The translations under genes and the position numbers were made by a program. A DNA stretch of 61,279 nucleotides, filler included. It is 5 parts of 5 records of this genome, joined end to end, with 100 filler letters (N's around TTAATTAATTAA, not from the genome) between each part and the next. Parts side by side here need not be neighbours in the genome. Positions count along the whole stretch, not along the records: positions 1 to 21,172 come from SRR31156797_5072; positions 21,273 to 30,972 come from SRR31156797_5083; 3 more parts are not named here. The stretch is one strand, 5' to 3'. This document shows positions 17,899-26,342 of the stretch, piece after piece. The notes under the pieces are model-generated. The model did not search any database. It was not told the DNA's origin and was given only the letters and a program-made list of their open reading frames with translations. Numbering within the stretch: position 1 is the stretch's first letter; every line of letters starts with the position of its first letter.

Positions 17899-18508
17899 CT
17901 ACGCAATTGGAGCGTTCACACACGGGATAGCCAGACCGGACAAATCAATACAGTTCTCTAAAACGTCACCAGCGATTCCCTGATCATCCCAATTCCCCCC
18001 CAACGACAGTCTCCAATAACTCCACAGGCAATTCATCACGATAAGGCGATATCGGAACCACAAAATGACGGATACGCTCCGTGTTTTCCAGGACGACCGC
18101 TTTCATCCCGGCCGGCAACTGAATGCCGTTTTTTTCCAGGACGCCGTTGGGGTCATCCATCAATCGGTACTTGAAGCCGGCATCATTTTGTGTCTTGGTG
18201 ATGAGCCTTTTGTAGGCCCTTTTGAATTCATATAACCGCTTGAGATCTCCTCGACTTTTTTTATACGCTTCTTCTTCCTCCAAACGTTTTTCAGGCGGTT
18301 CATGGTAAGGTATCGGCGTCGGTAAAACCACATGATACAAATCATCCGTATTTTCTACCACAACGGCCTCAACCCCCGCTTCCAGCTCCATGCCGGTTTC
18401 CCGGACCACAGCGGTGGGGTCGGCCTGTAACTTGGCTTTGAAGTCGGCATCCAGCCAGGTCCTGGCCACCAGTTTGGCGAAAGCTTGCTTGAAATTATCT
18501 TTGTCCAT
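17899..18508 (-). CDS. NHLP-leader family RiPP precursor with tandem leader, frameshifted at a G7 tract (as sequenced it stops at 17984)
   Basis: GAGAGG RBS. Two leader repeats (KLVARTWLDADFKAKLQADP..VVENTDDLYHVVLP / RLITKTQNDAGFKYRLMDDP..VLENTERIRHFVVP), then ELPVELLETVVGG. Removing one G gives core NWDDQGIAGDVLENCIDLSGLAIPCVNAPIA followed by TAG TGA. Confidence 0.8.
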
Positions 18509-18654
18509 GAGATTCCTCTCCACTGATCCTCACAAGTTGCGTTCCCTCTGATTCAGCCTGACGTCGTCAAAACTCCAGCACTTCCTTCTCAACCGAACAG
18601 TCATATTCTTCCAGCAGATCGACCCCGGCTGTCACGGCTTCCAGCTCCGTGGCT

Positions 18655-18726
18655 GTGGTGCGTTTCAATATGTTCGGGCACCATTGGTTGCGGCTCCGTT
18701 GGCTTCCAAGCCCACGACCGGAAGCC
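18655..18726 (-). pseudogene. 72-bp coding relic paralogous to the N-terminal part of the radical SAM relic at 20335-20406
   Basis: GFRSWAWKPTEPQPMVPEHIETHH versus GFRSRAWKPTEPQSMLPEHIEIDH. Many differences are synonymous third-position changes. Confidence 0.7.
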
Positions 18727-18788
18727 GGCACACGCTTCGAATTAGAAATTCAATCAGAGGATTTCTTCTAAACTAAAGCATTGTTGCA

Positions 18789-19616
18789 TTATTCTTTAGA
18801 ATATGCTCTTTTTGCCCAATCTTGAGTTATCTGCTCATAAACCCCATTTGACTGAATAATCTTAATCCCTTCTTTATATTTTTGAAGGGCCCACTCTCCT
18901 TTAGGATTTGATTTGCTAAATCCGATATGGAGCTCTAATTTTGTGCTATGAAATGCCAACGCAACTTTTCCCGACATCCCTGCTTTCCGTATGATAAAGT
19001 CTGCGGGTTTTGTTTCATTATTCCACAAAATAACGGTATCAAGACGACCCGTTCCAAGTTTCCTTATATTCATTTCTTCAGAGCGGGTTTTTTCAACAAT
19101 GATCTTACCCTCTTTTTCCAATTTATAAAATATGTCATCATATTCATACCCTATTACTGTTCCAACAATGGTTCCTTTTTTGACATCTTCAGATTTTGAA
19201 GCGCTTAAAGGATTTTCAGTATTATGGAAATAACTTATATACGCAAAAAAAAGCGGGATTTCAGGAAACGTTATGATGTTTTCTACCTCCGGGATTTTTG
19301 CCATATTAAAACATCCAACCGCTTCTCCTGTTTCCGTATATTTTTTACACCTTGCGTAGGGAACCACCTCAAAATAAACATCCACATCAACTGCATCATA
19401 AATCGCTTTTACAAGATCATTCGCATAACCGGTCCCATCCGCTTTAGACCAGGGAGCTGCATCATTTTCAACATAAATCTTCAGCTTTTCCCTGCCTTCT
19501 GCATTTTGAGCTACCATCAGAAAGATTAAAATAGTCAAAACAACAGGGAGCATCCGGAATTTTTGATTATGCCATTTATTTTGAGCCGAATTTTGCATCA
19601 TTTTGCCATTGATCAC
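18789..19616 (-). CDS. extracellular solute-binding protein, family 3-like
   Basis: Signal peptide, then ENDAAPWS..GYANDLV..VPYARC..VIGYEY..G.Y.QI pattern. True start may be a downstream Met. AT-rich. Confidence 0.8.
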   Translation of the reverse strand: MINGKMMQNSAQNKWHNQKFRMLPVVLTILIFLMVAQNAEGREKLKIYVENDAAPWSKADGTGYANDLVKAIYDAVDVDVYFEVVPYARCKKYTETGEAVGCFNMAKIPEVENIITFPEIPLFFAYISYFHNTENPLSASKSEDVKKGTIVGTVIGYEYDDIFYKLEKEGKIIVEKTRSEEMNIRKLGTGRLDTVILWNNETKPADFIIRKAGMSGKVALAFHSTKLELHIGFSKSNPKGEWALQKYKEGIKIIQSNGVYEQITQDWAKRAYSKE

Positions 19617-19637
19617 TCTGCTGGTAGCGTTCCTAAT

Positions 19638-19699
19638 GGGGTCAAATCACCCTTTGACGCTTGGTTATTTCAGCAAGAGTCAAGAGCGGATTTGACCCC
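19638..19699. repeat. 62-bp palindromic REP-like element
   Basis: GGGGTCAAATCaccctTTGAC-N20-GTCAAgagcgGATTTGACCCC. It sits where homology of the radical SAM relic ends. Confidence 0.8.
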
Positions 19700-20406
19700 G
19701 TTTCATGGGCCTTTAGAAACGCAATTTTCTCTTCGTCCAGCAGGGTGGCATTGGTGGTCATCCCGTATCTCACCTCTTTTCCAAGTGCCCATGCCCTTTT
19801 GTCGGCATGGGCCACCACATGCCGGATCAACGGAAAATTCATCAGGGGTTCGCCGCCGCTAAAGAGGATCCCCACCGACTTTCTTTGGCCGGATTGGGCC
19901 ATGAGCCAGTCCACGGCCCTTGTTGCGGTGGCTCCGTTCATCTTTTCTTCACTGCCGCCCTCCCCGGTGTTCCCGTAGCAGTAGACGCAGTTGAGGTTGC
20001 ACTGTCGGGTGATGTTCATGGACAGGGTCCCCACGGGTTCTGCCATGAGCTTTTTAATGAGGTGATCCATTCCGGGTCTGTTCATCCCCGGCGAATGGAA
20101 TGGTGCATCTTCCTTGGGGGCGCCCGCAACCAGGCCCAAGTTCTCCAGTTCTTCCATGACCGGGGAAGGGACCAGGCACCCCTTATTGAACCGGATTTGG
20201 TCCAGGATACGGGCCATGCGGTCATCAATAACCGCACTGGTCAAGGCGTGGACGTTCAAGAGATACTTCGTGCCGCCATGACGGAACAGGTGATAGGGCA
20301 CAAGGGAGATGTTACAGTAGTATGTTTTTCCGTTATGGTCTATTTCAATATGTTCAGGCAGCATGGATTGCGGCTCCGTCGGTTTCCAGGCCCGCGAGCG
20401 GAATCC
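19700..20406 (-). pseudogene. truncated peptide-maturase-type radical SAM enzyme
   Basis: NITRQCNLNCVYCY, FSGGEPLMN, TTNATLLDEE. The C-terminal half of the barrel and any SPASM domain are missing. Confidence 0.85.
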
Positions 20407-20440
20407 CTCACGGACTCTAATCCTTCTGTGATTTAGCCGG

Positions 20441-20656
20441 AATATAATCGATCTCTTCTTTTTCAAACAGGGTCCCATTGGTGGTGGCGTAGAAAATAAC
20501 TTCTTTTTGGGCCGCATGGGTCCTTTTCCGGGCATACGAAACAATTTTCTGCATGAGCGGAAAATTTAAGAACGGTTCACCGCCGAAGAATCCAATCCGG
20601 ATCTTCTTGACATTCCCGGACTGTTCAATGAGCCAATCCACCGCCTGAAAAGCGGT
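20441..20656 (-). pseudogene. internal fragment of a second paralogous radical SAM enzyme
   Basis: TAFQAVDWLIEQSG..FFGGEPFLNFPLM..ATTNGTL aligns with the adjacent relic. No CxxxCxxC motif is retained. Confidence 0.85.
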
Positions 20657-20708
20657 TTATTCCACCATTTTCCGGAAGATGCCGGCGGGATTCGGGTTGA
20701 AAAGCGCT

Positions 20709-20884
20709 TGGCCCCCGACGGAGGAACCGTGTCTGTTAGGAGCGGCGAATATGCAATTTAAGGGCTTTAATCATCCGGAACCTCCTGAATAGATGTGAAG
20801 GTTTGGGGAGAAGAACGTATAATATTTGATGAAACGACAAAAAGCACATGGTGTCAAGGAAAAAAGGGCCATCAAAAGGGTTCC
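20709..20884 (-). repeat. duplicated promoter + micro-ORF + hairpin module, copy 2
   Basis: Aligns with 15024-15200. TTGACA at 20852-20857, AGGAGG at 20781-20786, weaker stem at 20711-20743. Confidence 0.85.
20736..20774 (-). CDS. 12-aa micro-ORF MIKALKLHIRRS, copy 2
   Basis: ATG ATT AAA GCC CTT AAA TTG CAT ATT CGC CGC TCC TAA, with AGGAGG 6 nt upstream. Confidence 0.7.
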   Translation of the reverse strand: MIKALKLHIRRS

Positions 20885-21172
20885 TCAACCTGTGCATTTC
20901 ATTTTTGCTGAGGCCCTTGCTCCTACCCGCCCTACACTAATTTTTCAAGGGGTAGGTGTCTCAGCTACATTGGCACAGAGGGCATTCTCCAAAAAGGCTA
21001 TTTCAAAAACTCTCCGAGAGGCCTATTTTCAAAAAACCGGTTGCATAACACAAGAAATTTCTTGTACAAAAAGACTAACAGCATCTAAGCCAGGTTCCGG
21101 ATCAATCCGAGCATTTGGAATGATTTCAAAACCCTTTTCCGGCATGAGGATTTACTGATGAGAAAAGTGCTC

Positions 21173-21272
21173 NNNNNNNNNNNNNNNNNNNNNNNNNNNN
21201 NNNNNNNNNNNNNNNNTTAATTAATTAANNNNNNNNNNNNNNNNNNNNNNNNNNNNNNNNNNNNNNNNNNNN
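21173..21272. other. artificial contig linker
   Basis: 44 N + TTAATTAATTAA + 44 N. Confidence 0.99.
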
Positions 21273-21338
21273 TGTGCCGCATAACATGCTGAAATCATAT
21301 GATCCAACAATTTACATGCGTTCGCCCTGATTTTCCCC

Positions 21339-21380
21339 TTGACAATCGGTGCAGATAGGGTATTTATCTTGTATGCACAA
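21339..21380 (+). promoter_or_regulatory. marR promoter with putative operator TTGTATGCACAA
   Basis: TTGACA at 21339 and a TATTTA -10 candidate. Imperfect palindrome at 21369-21380 has a sibling at 21890-21901. Confidence 0.5.
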
Positions 21381-21398
21381 ACAAAACCTGAGGTGTCT

Positions 21399-21833
21399 AT
21401 GAAAGAAAGTGAGTCCCATTTAAGTTGTTGCCTGTATTTTACTGCCAATTCCCTGTCCCGGATCATCACCCGCATGGCGGAAGAGGAATTCAGGCCCACC
21501 GGACTCTCCCCTTCCCATGCATTTTTGATCATGCAGGTAAACGATAACCCGGGCATTGCTCAAAAGGAACTGGGCGGGCAATTGCACCTGGCCCCGTCCA
21601 CGATCACCCGCTTCATTGATACCCTTGTCCATAAGGGCTATCTGACCCGCCAGGCCCAGGGCAAGGCATCACTGGTTTATCCCACGGAGCAGGGTGAGGA
21701 ATTGCGGCAACCCATCCAGGATGCATGGACAAGTCTTCACGACAGATATTCCAAAATCATGGGGCTGAAGGAAGGGGATGATCTCACGGCTTTGATTTAT
21801 GAGGCAAGTGTCAAACTAAGTAAAGATATTTAA
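21399..21833 (+). CDS. MarR-family transcriptional regulator
   Basis: CCLYFTANSLSR..TGLSPSHA..LAPSTITRFID.L..KG winged helix. GAGG RBS. Confidence 0.92.
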   Translation: MKESESHLSCCLYFTANSLSRIITRMAEEEFRPTGLSPSHAFLIMQVNDNPGIAQKELGGQLHLAPSTITRFIDTLVHKGYLTRQAQGKASLVYPTEQGEELRQPIQDAWTSLHDRYSKIMGLKEGDDLTALIYEASVKLSKDI

Positions 21834-21889
21834 CCGGATCAGGGAATTTGATTTGGAAAAAAGAATTCATTTTTTTTCTGCAGCCTCAA

Positions 21890-21901
21890 TTGCATGTACA
21901 A
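21890..21901. promoter_or_regulatory. putative MarR operator TTGCATGTACAA
   Basis: Imperfect palindrome resembling the site upstream of marR. Confidence 0.45.
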
Positions 21902-21944
21902 CCAACAATATTGCTTCAATTATTCATATAGTAAGGAGACCAAA

Positions 21945-22103
21945 ATGAAAGCCCTTATTTTAAAAGCCCCCGGAAAACCGGATACACTGGAAATCGCGGG
22001 CCATGCTGGCCGAGGTTATTCCCTTGAAGGGGTTCCCCAGGCCCTGACCCGCCTGTCCCAACGCCATGTAAAAGGCAAAATCGCGGCGGTTTTAAACGAG
22101 TAA
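21945..22103 (+). pseudogene. internally deleted MDR/zinc-binding dehydrogenase (quinone oxidoreductase-like)
   Basis: AAGGAG RBS. N-terminus MKALILKAPGKPDTLEI joins directly to the C-terminal motif YSLEGVPQALTRLSQRHVKGKIA. Confidence 0.7.
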
Positions 22104-22141
22104 CACCATTTGTATATTCATTTCTATTTTTGGAGGACAAA

Positions 22142-22702
22142 ATGAAAAAACTTGGTCCGGTAAACGCACTCTATCCCATGCCCACCACCCTGGTGGGAAC
22201 CACCGTCAATGGAAAACCCAACTTTCTGGCCGTTGCCCATGTGGGCATTTTCAACCACGGCACCCCCCAATACCTTTCCATCGGACTTCACCAGAACCAC
22301 TACAGCAATGCCGGCATACGGGAAAACAAGGCGTTTTCCATCTGCCTGCCCTCCCGGGACCTGATGGTACAGACCGATTACTGCGGCATCATGACCGGTA
22401 AGAAGACCGACAAAGCCGCTCTTTTTAACGTGTTTTACGGAAAAACGGAACATGCGCCCATGATCGAAGAATGCCCCGTCAACATGGAGCTGACCCTCAA
22501 GGATATCCTCCATTACGGCAAGCATGAGGTCTTTGTGGGCGAGCTTGTGGAGACCCATGTGTCAGAGGAGGTCCTCTCCGGAGATAAGATCGACATCCAA
22601 AAAGTTTCCCCCCTGCTGTTTGACATGGCAAGCAAAGAGTACTGGACCCTGGGACCCTCCACCGGCAAATGCTGGCATGAAGGCAAAGCCCTGAAATCCT
22701 AG
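22142..22702 (+). CDS. flavin reductase family protein (flavoredoxin-like)
   Basis: LYPMPTTLVG..GKPNF..DYCGIMTG..DK..APMIEECPVNME motifs. Confidence 0.9.
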   Translation: MKKLGPVNALYPMPTTLVGTTVNGKPNFLAVAHVGIFNHGTPQYLSIGLHQNHYSNAGIRENKAFSICLPSRDLMVQTDYCGIMTGKKTDKAALFNVFYGKTEHAPMIEECPVNMELTLKDILHYGKHEVFVGELVETHVSEEVLSGDKIDIQKVSPLLFDMASKEYWTLGPSTGKCWHEGKALKS

Positions 22703-22714
22703 GAACAGGACAGG

Positions 22715-23122
22715 CTAAAATTCCTTGTAAATCCGGGCCAGGGGATGGCCCTTTGCCCGGATGGACAGATCGAGAAAATAGCCGTAGGGGGTCTGAATGG
22801 TGTCGTAACCGGATGTTTCCAGCCGCACCTGGGCATTGTTCAGCACCGCCTGGGCCTGGGCCGGATCCGCCTTTTCCTCCCCAAGGTGGGTAAAGGAGTG
22901 AAGGACAATCCGGTTGACCTCCCACTTGCGGGCCAGCCATTTTGAATTTTTCACAAGCTTTGTCTCGGCGGAACTTCCCGTATCAAGATCCCTTGGCTCC
23001 ACATGGACAAAGGCGACAACCGCATCGGTACACCCGAAGGGTTCCGCATCGGGCACCTCGTCAATGGTCTTTATGGCGGGATTCCAGTCAAAATTATCGC
23101 AATACCAGAACAAAACCCTCAT
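22715..23122 (-). CDS. stand-alone archaeal-type threonyl-tRNA synthetase editing domain protein
   Basis: VAFVHVE..IVLHSFTHL..TPYGYF..KGHPLARIYKEF. AAGGAG RBS. Confidence 0.82.
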   Translation of the reverse strand: MRVLFWYCDNFDWNPAIKTIDEVPDAEPFGCTDAVVAFVHVEPRDLDTGSSAETKLVKNSKWLARKWEVNRIVLHSFTHLGEEKADPAQAQAVLNNAQVRLETSGYDTIQTPYGYFLDLSIRAKGHPLARIYKEF

Positions 23123-23373
23123 GACGTCAGACTCCTTTTCTTCAGTGTTGCGGCCGGCAAAACAGCCTGCCCTCCAAAGGTAAAACTTCTATCAGATCGG
23201 ACGCGGAATCCGCAATCGCTTTTTTCCCCTTTATCACCCGAGCGCCTCCGCGGCAGGATGGCCAAAACCGGGGACACCTTGCCATGGAGAGATGAAGAGC
23301 TTGACATAACAAAGGGAATCCTGCAGAAATAAAAAAGCTGTACACCATTCAAGAATCAATACAGGGACAAAAC

Positions 23374-25698
23374 ATGCGCATCCATCTTATGATCGCCCTG
23401 AATTTATGGTTCATGCTTTCAGTTTATTCCGTGGTTCAAGCCAAAGAACCGCTTCACCCGGAGCATGTGCTTTTATTGAATTCATATCACCAGCGGATGA
23501 CCTGGGTGAAAGATATTGTAACCGCGGTTGAGGATGTGCTTGATCCCGATAATAACAACCTTATCCTCCATATCGCCAATATGGATTCCAAGCAGTTTCA
23601 TTCGCCTGAATACTTTGATCTGTACCGACATTACCTGAAGAAGAAATATGAAAAAAGCCAATTCTCCCTGATTTTCTCATCCGACAATAATGCGTTTGAA
23701 TTTCTGCGCAAACACCGGGATGAACTCTTTCCCGGTGTTCCGGTGGTTTTTTGCGGGGTAAATGATTTTAAAGACGAACTGCTAAAAGGCTCCGACAAAT
23801 TCACGGGTGTCGCTGAAATGTTTTCAGCTCGAAACACGATTGAGATGGCACTGGCGCTCCACCCCGGTACCCGGGAGATCTTCATCATCAATGACTATCT
23901 TGAAACCGGCAGGGCCTGGCAGAGAGATATGGCTGGGGCATTGGGGGATATGAAAGAAAAGGTCAGGATCACCTATTCAAAGAATCTTGCCATGGCTGAA
24001 CTCCAGGCAACCATCGCAAACCTCGCCAACGATACAATCATTCTTCTGGGGGTTTATTATTCGGACAAAGACGGAAGATCCTTTACCTACGAAAAAGTCG
24101 GGGAGATGATTGCCGGGGCCAGCCATGTCCCTGTGTATTGCCTGCTTGAATTCAATGTGGGCAAAGGTGTTGTGGGCGGAGAAGTCATCAGCGGTTATTA
24201 TCAGGGGAAAGCCATGGCGGAAATCGGCAGGCGTGTTCTGGACGGTGAGGCCCCGAACCGCATTCCCGTACTGAAAAAGGGCGCAAACCGGATTATATTT
24301 GATTACCTGCAATTGAAACAGTTCAGCCTGGAAGAAACCTCACTTCCCCATGGAAGTGTTGTGATAAACAAACCGTCTTCCGTCTTCCAGGGCTATAAAA
24401 AGGAGATCATTCTCCTCACAATTATGATCATCACCCTTGTTATCACCATCGCGGCCCTGCTCCTGAATATATTCCGGCGTACCCGTGCCGAGGAAGCGCT
24501 TCGGGAAAGTGAGCAACGGCTGTCAATCCACCTTCTGAACACCCCTGTGGGAGCCATCCTGTGGGATACGGAATTCAAGGCGATTGAATGGAATCCGGCG
24601 GCGGAAACCATCTTCGGTTACACCCGGGAGGAAGCCCTTGGAAAGCATGTCACGGACCTGATTCTGCCTGAAGACGTAAGGGAAGCGGTTGACGATGTTT
24701 TCCGGAAATTATTATCCAATCGCGGAGGCGAGCGCAACATCAATGAAAACATCACGAAAACCGGGAAACGGATCCTGTGTGACTGGTACAACACGACCTT
24801 GAAAAATGTTGAAGGGAACGTGACAGGGGTGGCGTCATTGGTAAATGATATTACGGACCTCAAAAAAACACAGGAGATGATGATCCAGTCTGAAAAGATG
24901 CTGTCCATTGGCGGGCTTGCCGCGGGTATGGCCCATGAGATCAATAACCCATTGGCGGGAATGATGCAGAATGCCCAGGTTATCCGCAACCGGCTTACAA
25001 AAGATCTGCCTGCCAATGAGAAAGCCGCGGAAGAGTTGGGCATTTCAATGGCGGTCATAAAAGAATTCATGGCAAAGCGGGAGATATTGAAGCAGCTTGA
25101 GAATATCCATATAGCCGGCAGCCGTGCAGCAAAAGTGATTGATAATATGCTCAGTTTCGCAAGAAAAAGCGACGCTGCCAGAATCGAGCATCATCTGGAT
25201 GAACTGATCGACAAGACCATAGAACTTGCCCAAAATGATTACAGTCTCAAGAAAAAATATGATTTCAGGCAGATCAGAATTGTCCGGGAATACGACCCGG
25301 CCCTGCCAGGCATCGTTTGTGACAGAAGTAAAATACAGCAGGTTATCTTTAATTTAATAAAAAACGCTTCGGAATCCATGGGGATGGAAAATCGGAAGCA
25401 TGAAACGCCAAAATTGATTCTCCGCCTTCAAAAAGAAGAAAAGATGGCCCGCATGGAGATAGAGGATAATGGCCCCGGTATGGACAAGGGGACACGGAAG
25501 CGGGTGTTCGAACCATTTTTTACCACCAAAAGCGTTGACAAGGGCACCGGGCTTGGGCTTTCGGTTTCATATTTCATTATTGTCGATGATCATGGCGGCG
25601 AAATGGCAGTTGAATCAACCTTGGGAAAAGGCACGAAATTTATTATCAAACTCCCCATCAAAGGGATCGGCGAACAAAAAGGGCAGAGACAACTTTGA
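23374..25698 (+). CDS. sensor histidine kinase (periplasmic SBP-like sensor, PAS, HisKA, HATPase)
   Basis: LLLNSYH sensor start, TM helix, WNPAAETIFGY PAS, AGMAHEINNPL, EDNGPG, FFTTK, GTGLGLS. Confidence 0.95.
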   Translation: MRIHLMIALNLWFMLSVYSVVQAKEPLHPEHVLLLNSYHQRMTWVKDIVTAVEDVLDPDNNNLILHIANMDSKQFHSPEYFDLYRHYLKKKYEKSQFSLIFSSDNNAFEFLRKHRDELFPGVPVVFCGVNDFKDELLKGSDKFTGVAEMFSARNTIEMALALHPGTREIFIINDYLETGRAWQRDMAGALGDMKEKVRITYSKNLAMAELQATIANLANDTIILLGVYYSDKDGRSFTYEKVGEMIAGASHVPVYCLLEFNVGKGVVGGEVISGYYQGKAMAEIGRRVLDGEAPNRIPVLKKGANRIIFDYLQLKQFSLEETSLPHGSVVINKPSSVFQGYKKEIILLTIMIITLVITIAALLLNIFRRTRAEEALRESEQRLSIHLLNTPVGAILWDTEFKAIEWNPAAETIFGYTREEALGKHVTDLILPEDVREAVDDVFRKLLSNRGGERNINENITKTGKRILCDWYNTTLKNVEGNVTGVASLVNDITDLKKTQEMMIQSEKMLSIGGLAAGMAHEINNPLAGMMQNAQVIRNRLTKDLPANEKAAEELGISMAVIKEFMAKREILKQLENIHIAGSRAAKVIDNMLSFARKSDAARIEHHLDELIDKTIELAQNDYSLKKKYDFRQIRIVREYDPALPGIVCDRSKIQQVIFNLIKNASESMGMENRKHETPKLILRLQKEEKMARMEIEDNGPGMDKGTRKRVFEPFFTTKSVDKGTGLGLSVSYFIIVDDHGGEMAVESTLGKGTKFIIKLPIKGIGEQKGQRQL

Positions 25699-25735
25699 CC
25701 CTGCCCCTTGAATCTGATGTTACAACAGCTTGCTG

Positions 25736-26284
25736 CTATTTTATTCGTCTGCGAACACCGGCAAACCCTAAAAGCCCGCATCCCAACAGAACCAGCGCCG
25801 GGGGAACGGGAACAGGATTGTCTGTGAACTCAACTACATACCCGACCATATTACTTCCATTGTGCATATCATCCCATTTGCCCTTGGTAGGCCAAAAGTG
25901 TAGATAATCCTGGCCGATGCCATTTCCATTGTTCGGTTCGTTTTTTTCCCAAAGGTTGAAATCCACCCAGTCTTCTCCGCTATCCCAGGCCCAACCCTCG
26001 TCAGCTTTACCGTTAGTATCCGTCTGATACCCGCCCAGCCAGTAATTTATGTGGCTCTGGCTCTGTCCGGAGAGTAAATTCGCCAGAAGAGTATTTTCTT
26101 CCACACTGTTTATGGAAGCAAGATACCCTCCCATTTCATTGGCATTGGCCTGGGCAGCCTTCCAGGTGAGGTCATTATCCTGGGTAACGACTTCATACCA
26201 ATGGCCGTCAAAGGTAGATATGGCGGCATTTGCGGTTGCACTCAATAAAAAGAAAGCACCGACAATAAGTAACGCTCTTTTCAT
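25736..26284 (-). CDS. C-type lectin domain protein with PEP-CTERM/VPLPA-type sorting tail
   Basis: Signal peptide, W..A...A...GGYLASINS.EEN, YWLGG, EPNN, W.D, then tail NPVPVPPALVLLGCGLLGFAGVRRRIK. Confidence 0.88.
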   Translation of the reverse strand: MKRALLIVGAFFLLSATANAAISTFDGHWYEVVTQDNDLTWKAAQANANEMGGYLASINSVEENTLLANLLSGQSQSHINYWLGGYQTDTNGKADEGWAWDSGEDWVDFNLWEKNEPNNGNGIGQDYLHFWPTKGKWDDMHNGSNMVGYVVEFTDNPVPVPPALVLLGCGLLGFAGVRRRIK

Positions 26285-26342
26285 TAAAAAAACTCCTCTT
26301 CAATGGTCTGTCAAATCAAACCTTACACACTAAACAACAAGC

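Noticed and set aside
19642-20544. 300-aa ORF as an intact radical SAM enzyme
   Set aside because: Its N-terminus is an off-frame read of the neighbouring relic and its C-terminus comes from the REP palindrome, so it is treated as a pseudogene.
20826-21172. 110-aa plus-strand ORF, and a possible transposase C-terminus on the minus strand at the contig end
   Set aside because: The plus ORF overlaps the repeated promoter module and has no motifs. The minus fragment (..FQMLGLIRNLA*) is too short to assign.
23130-23300. Riboswitch or T-box upstream of the editing-domain gene
   Set aside because: GC-rich, but no cobalamin-box or T-box consensus could be identified.
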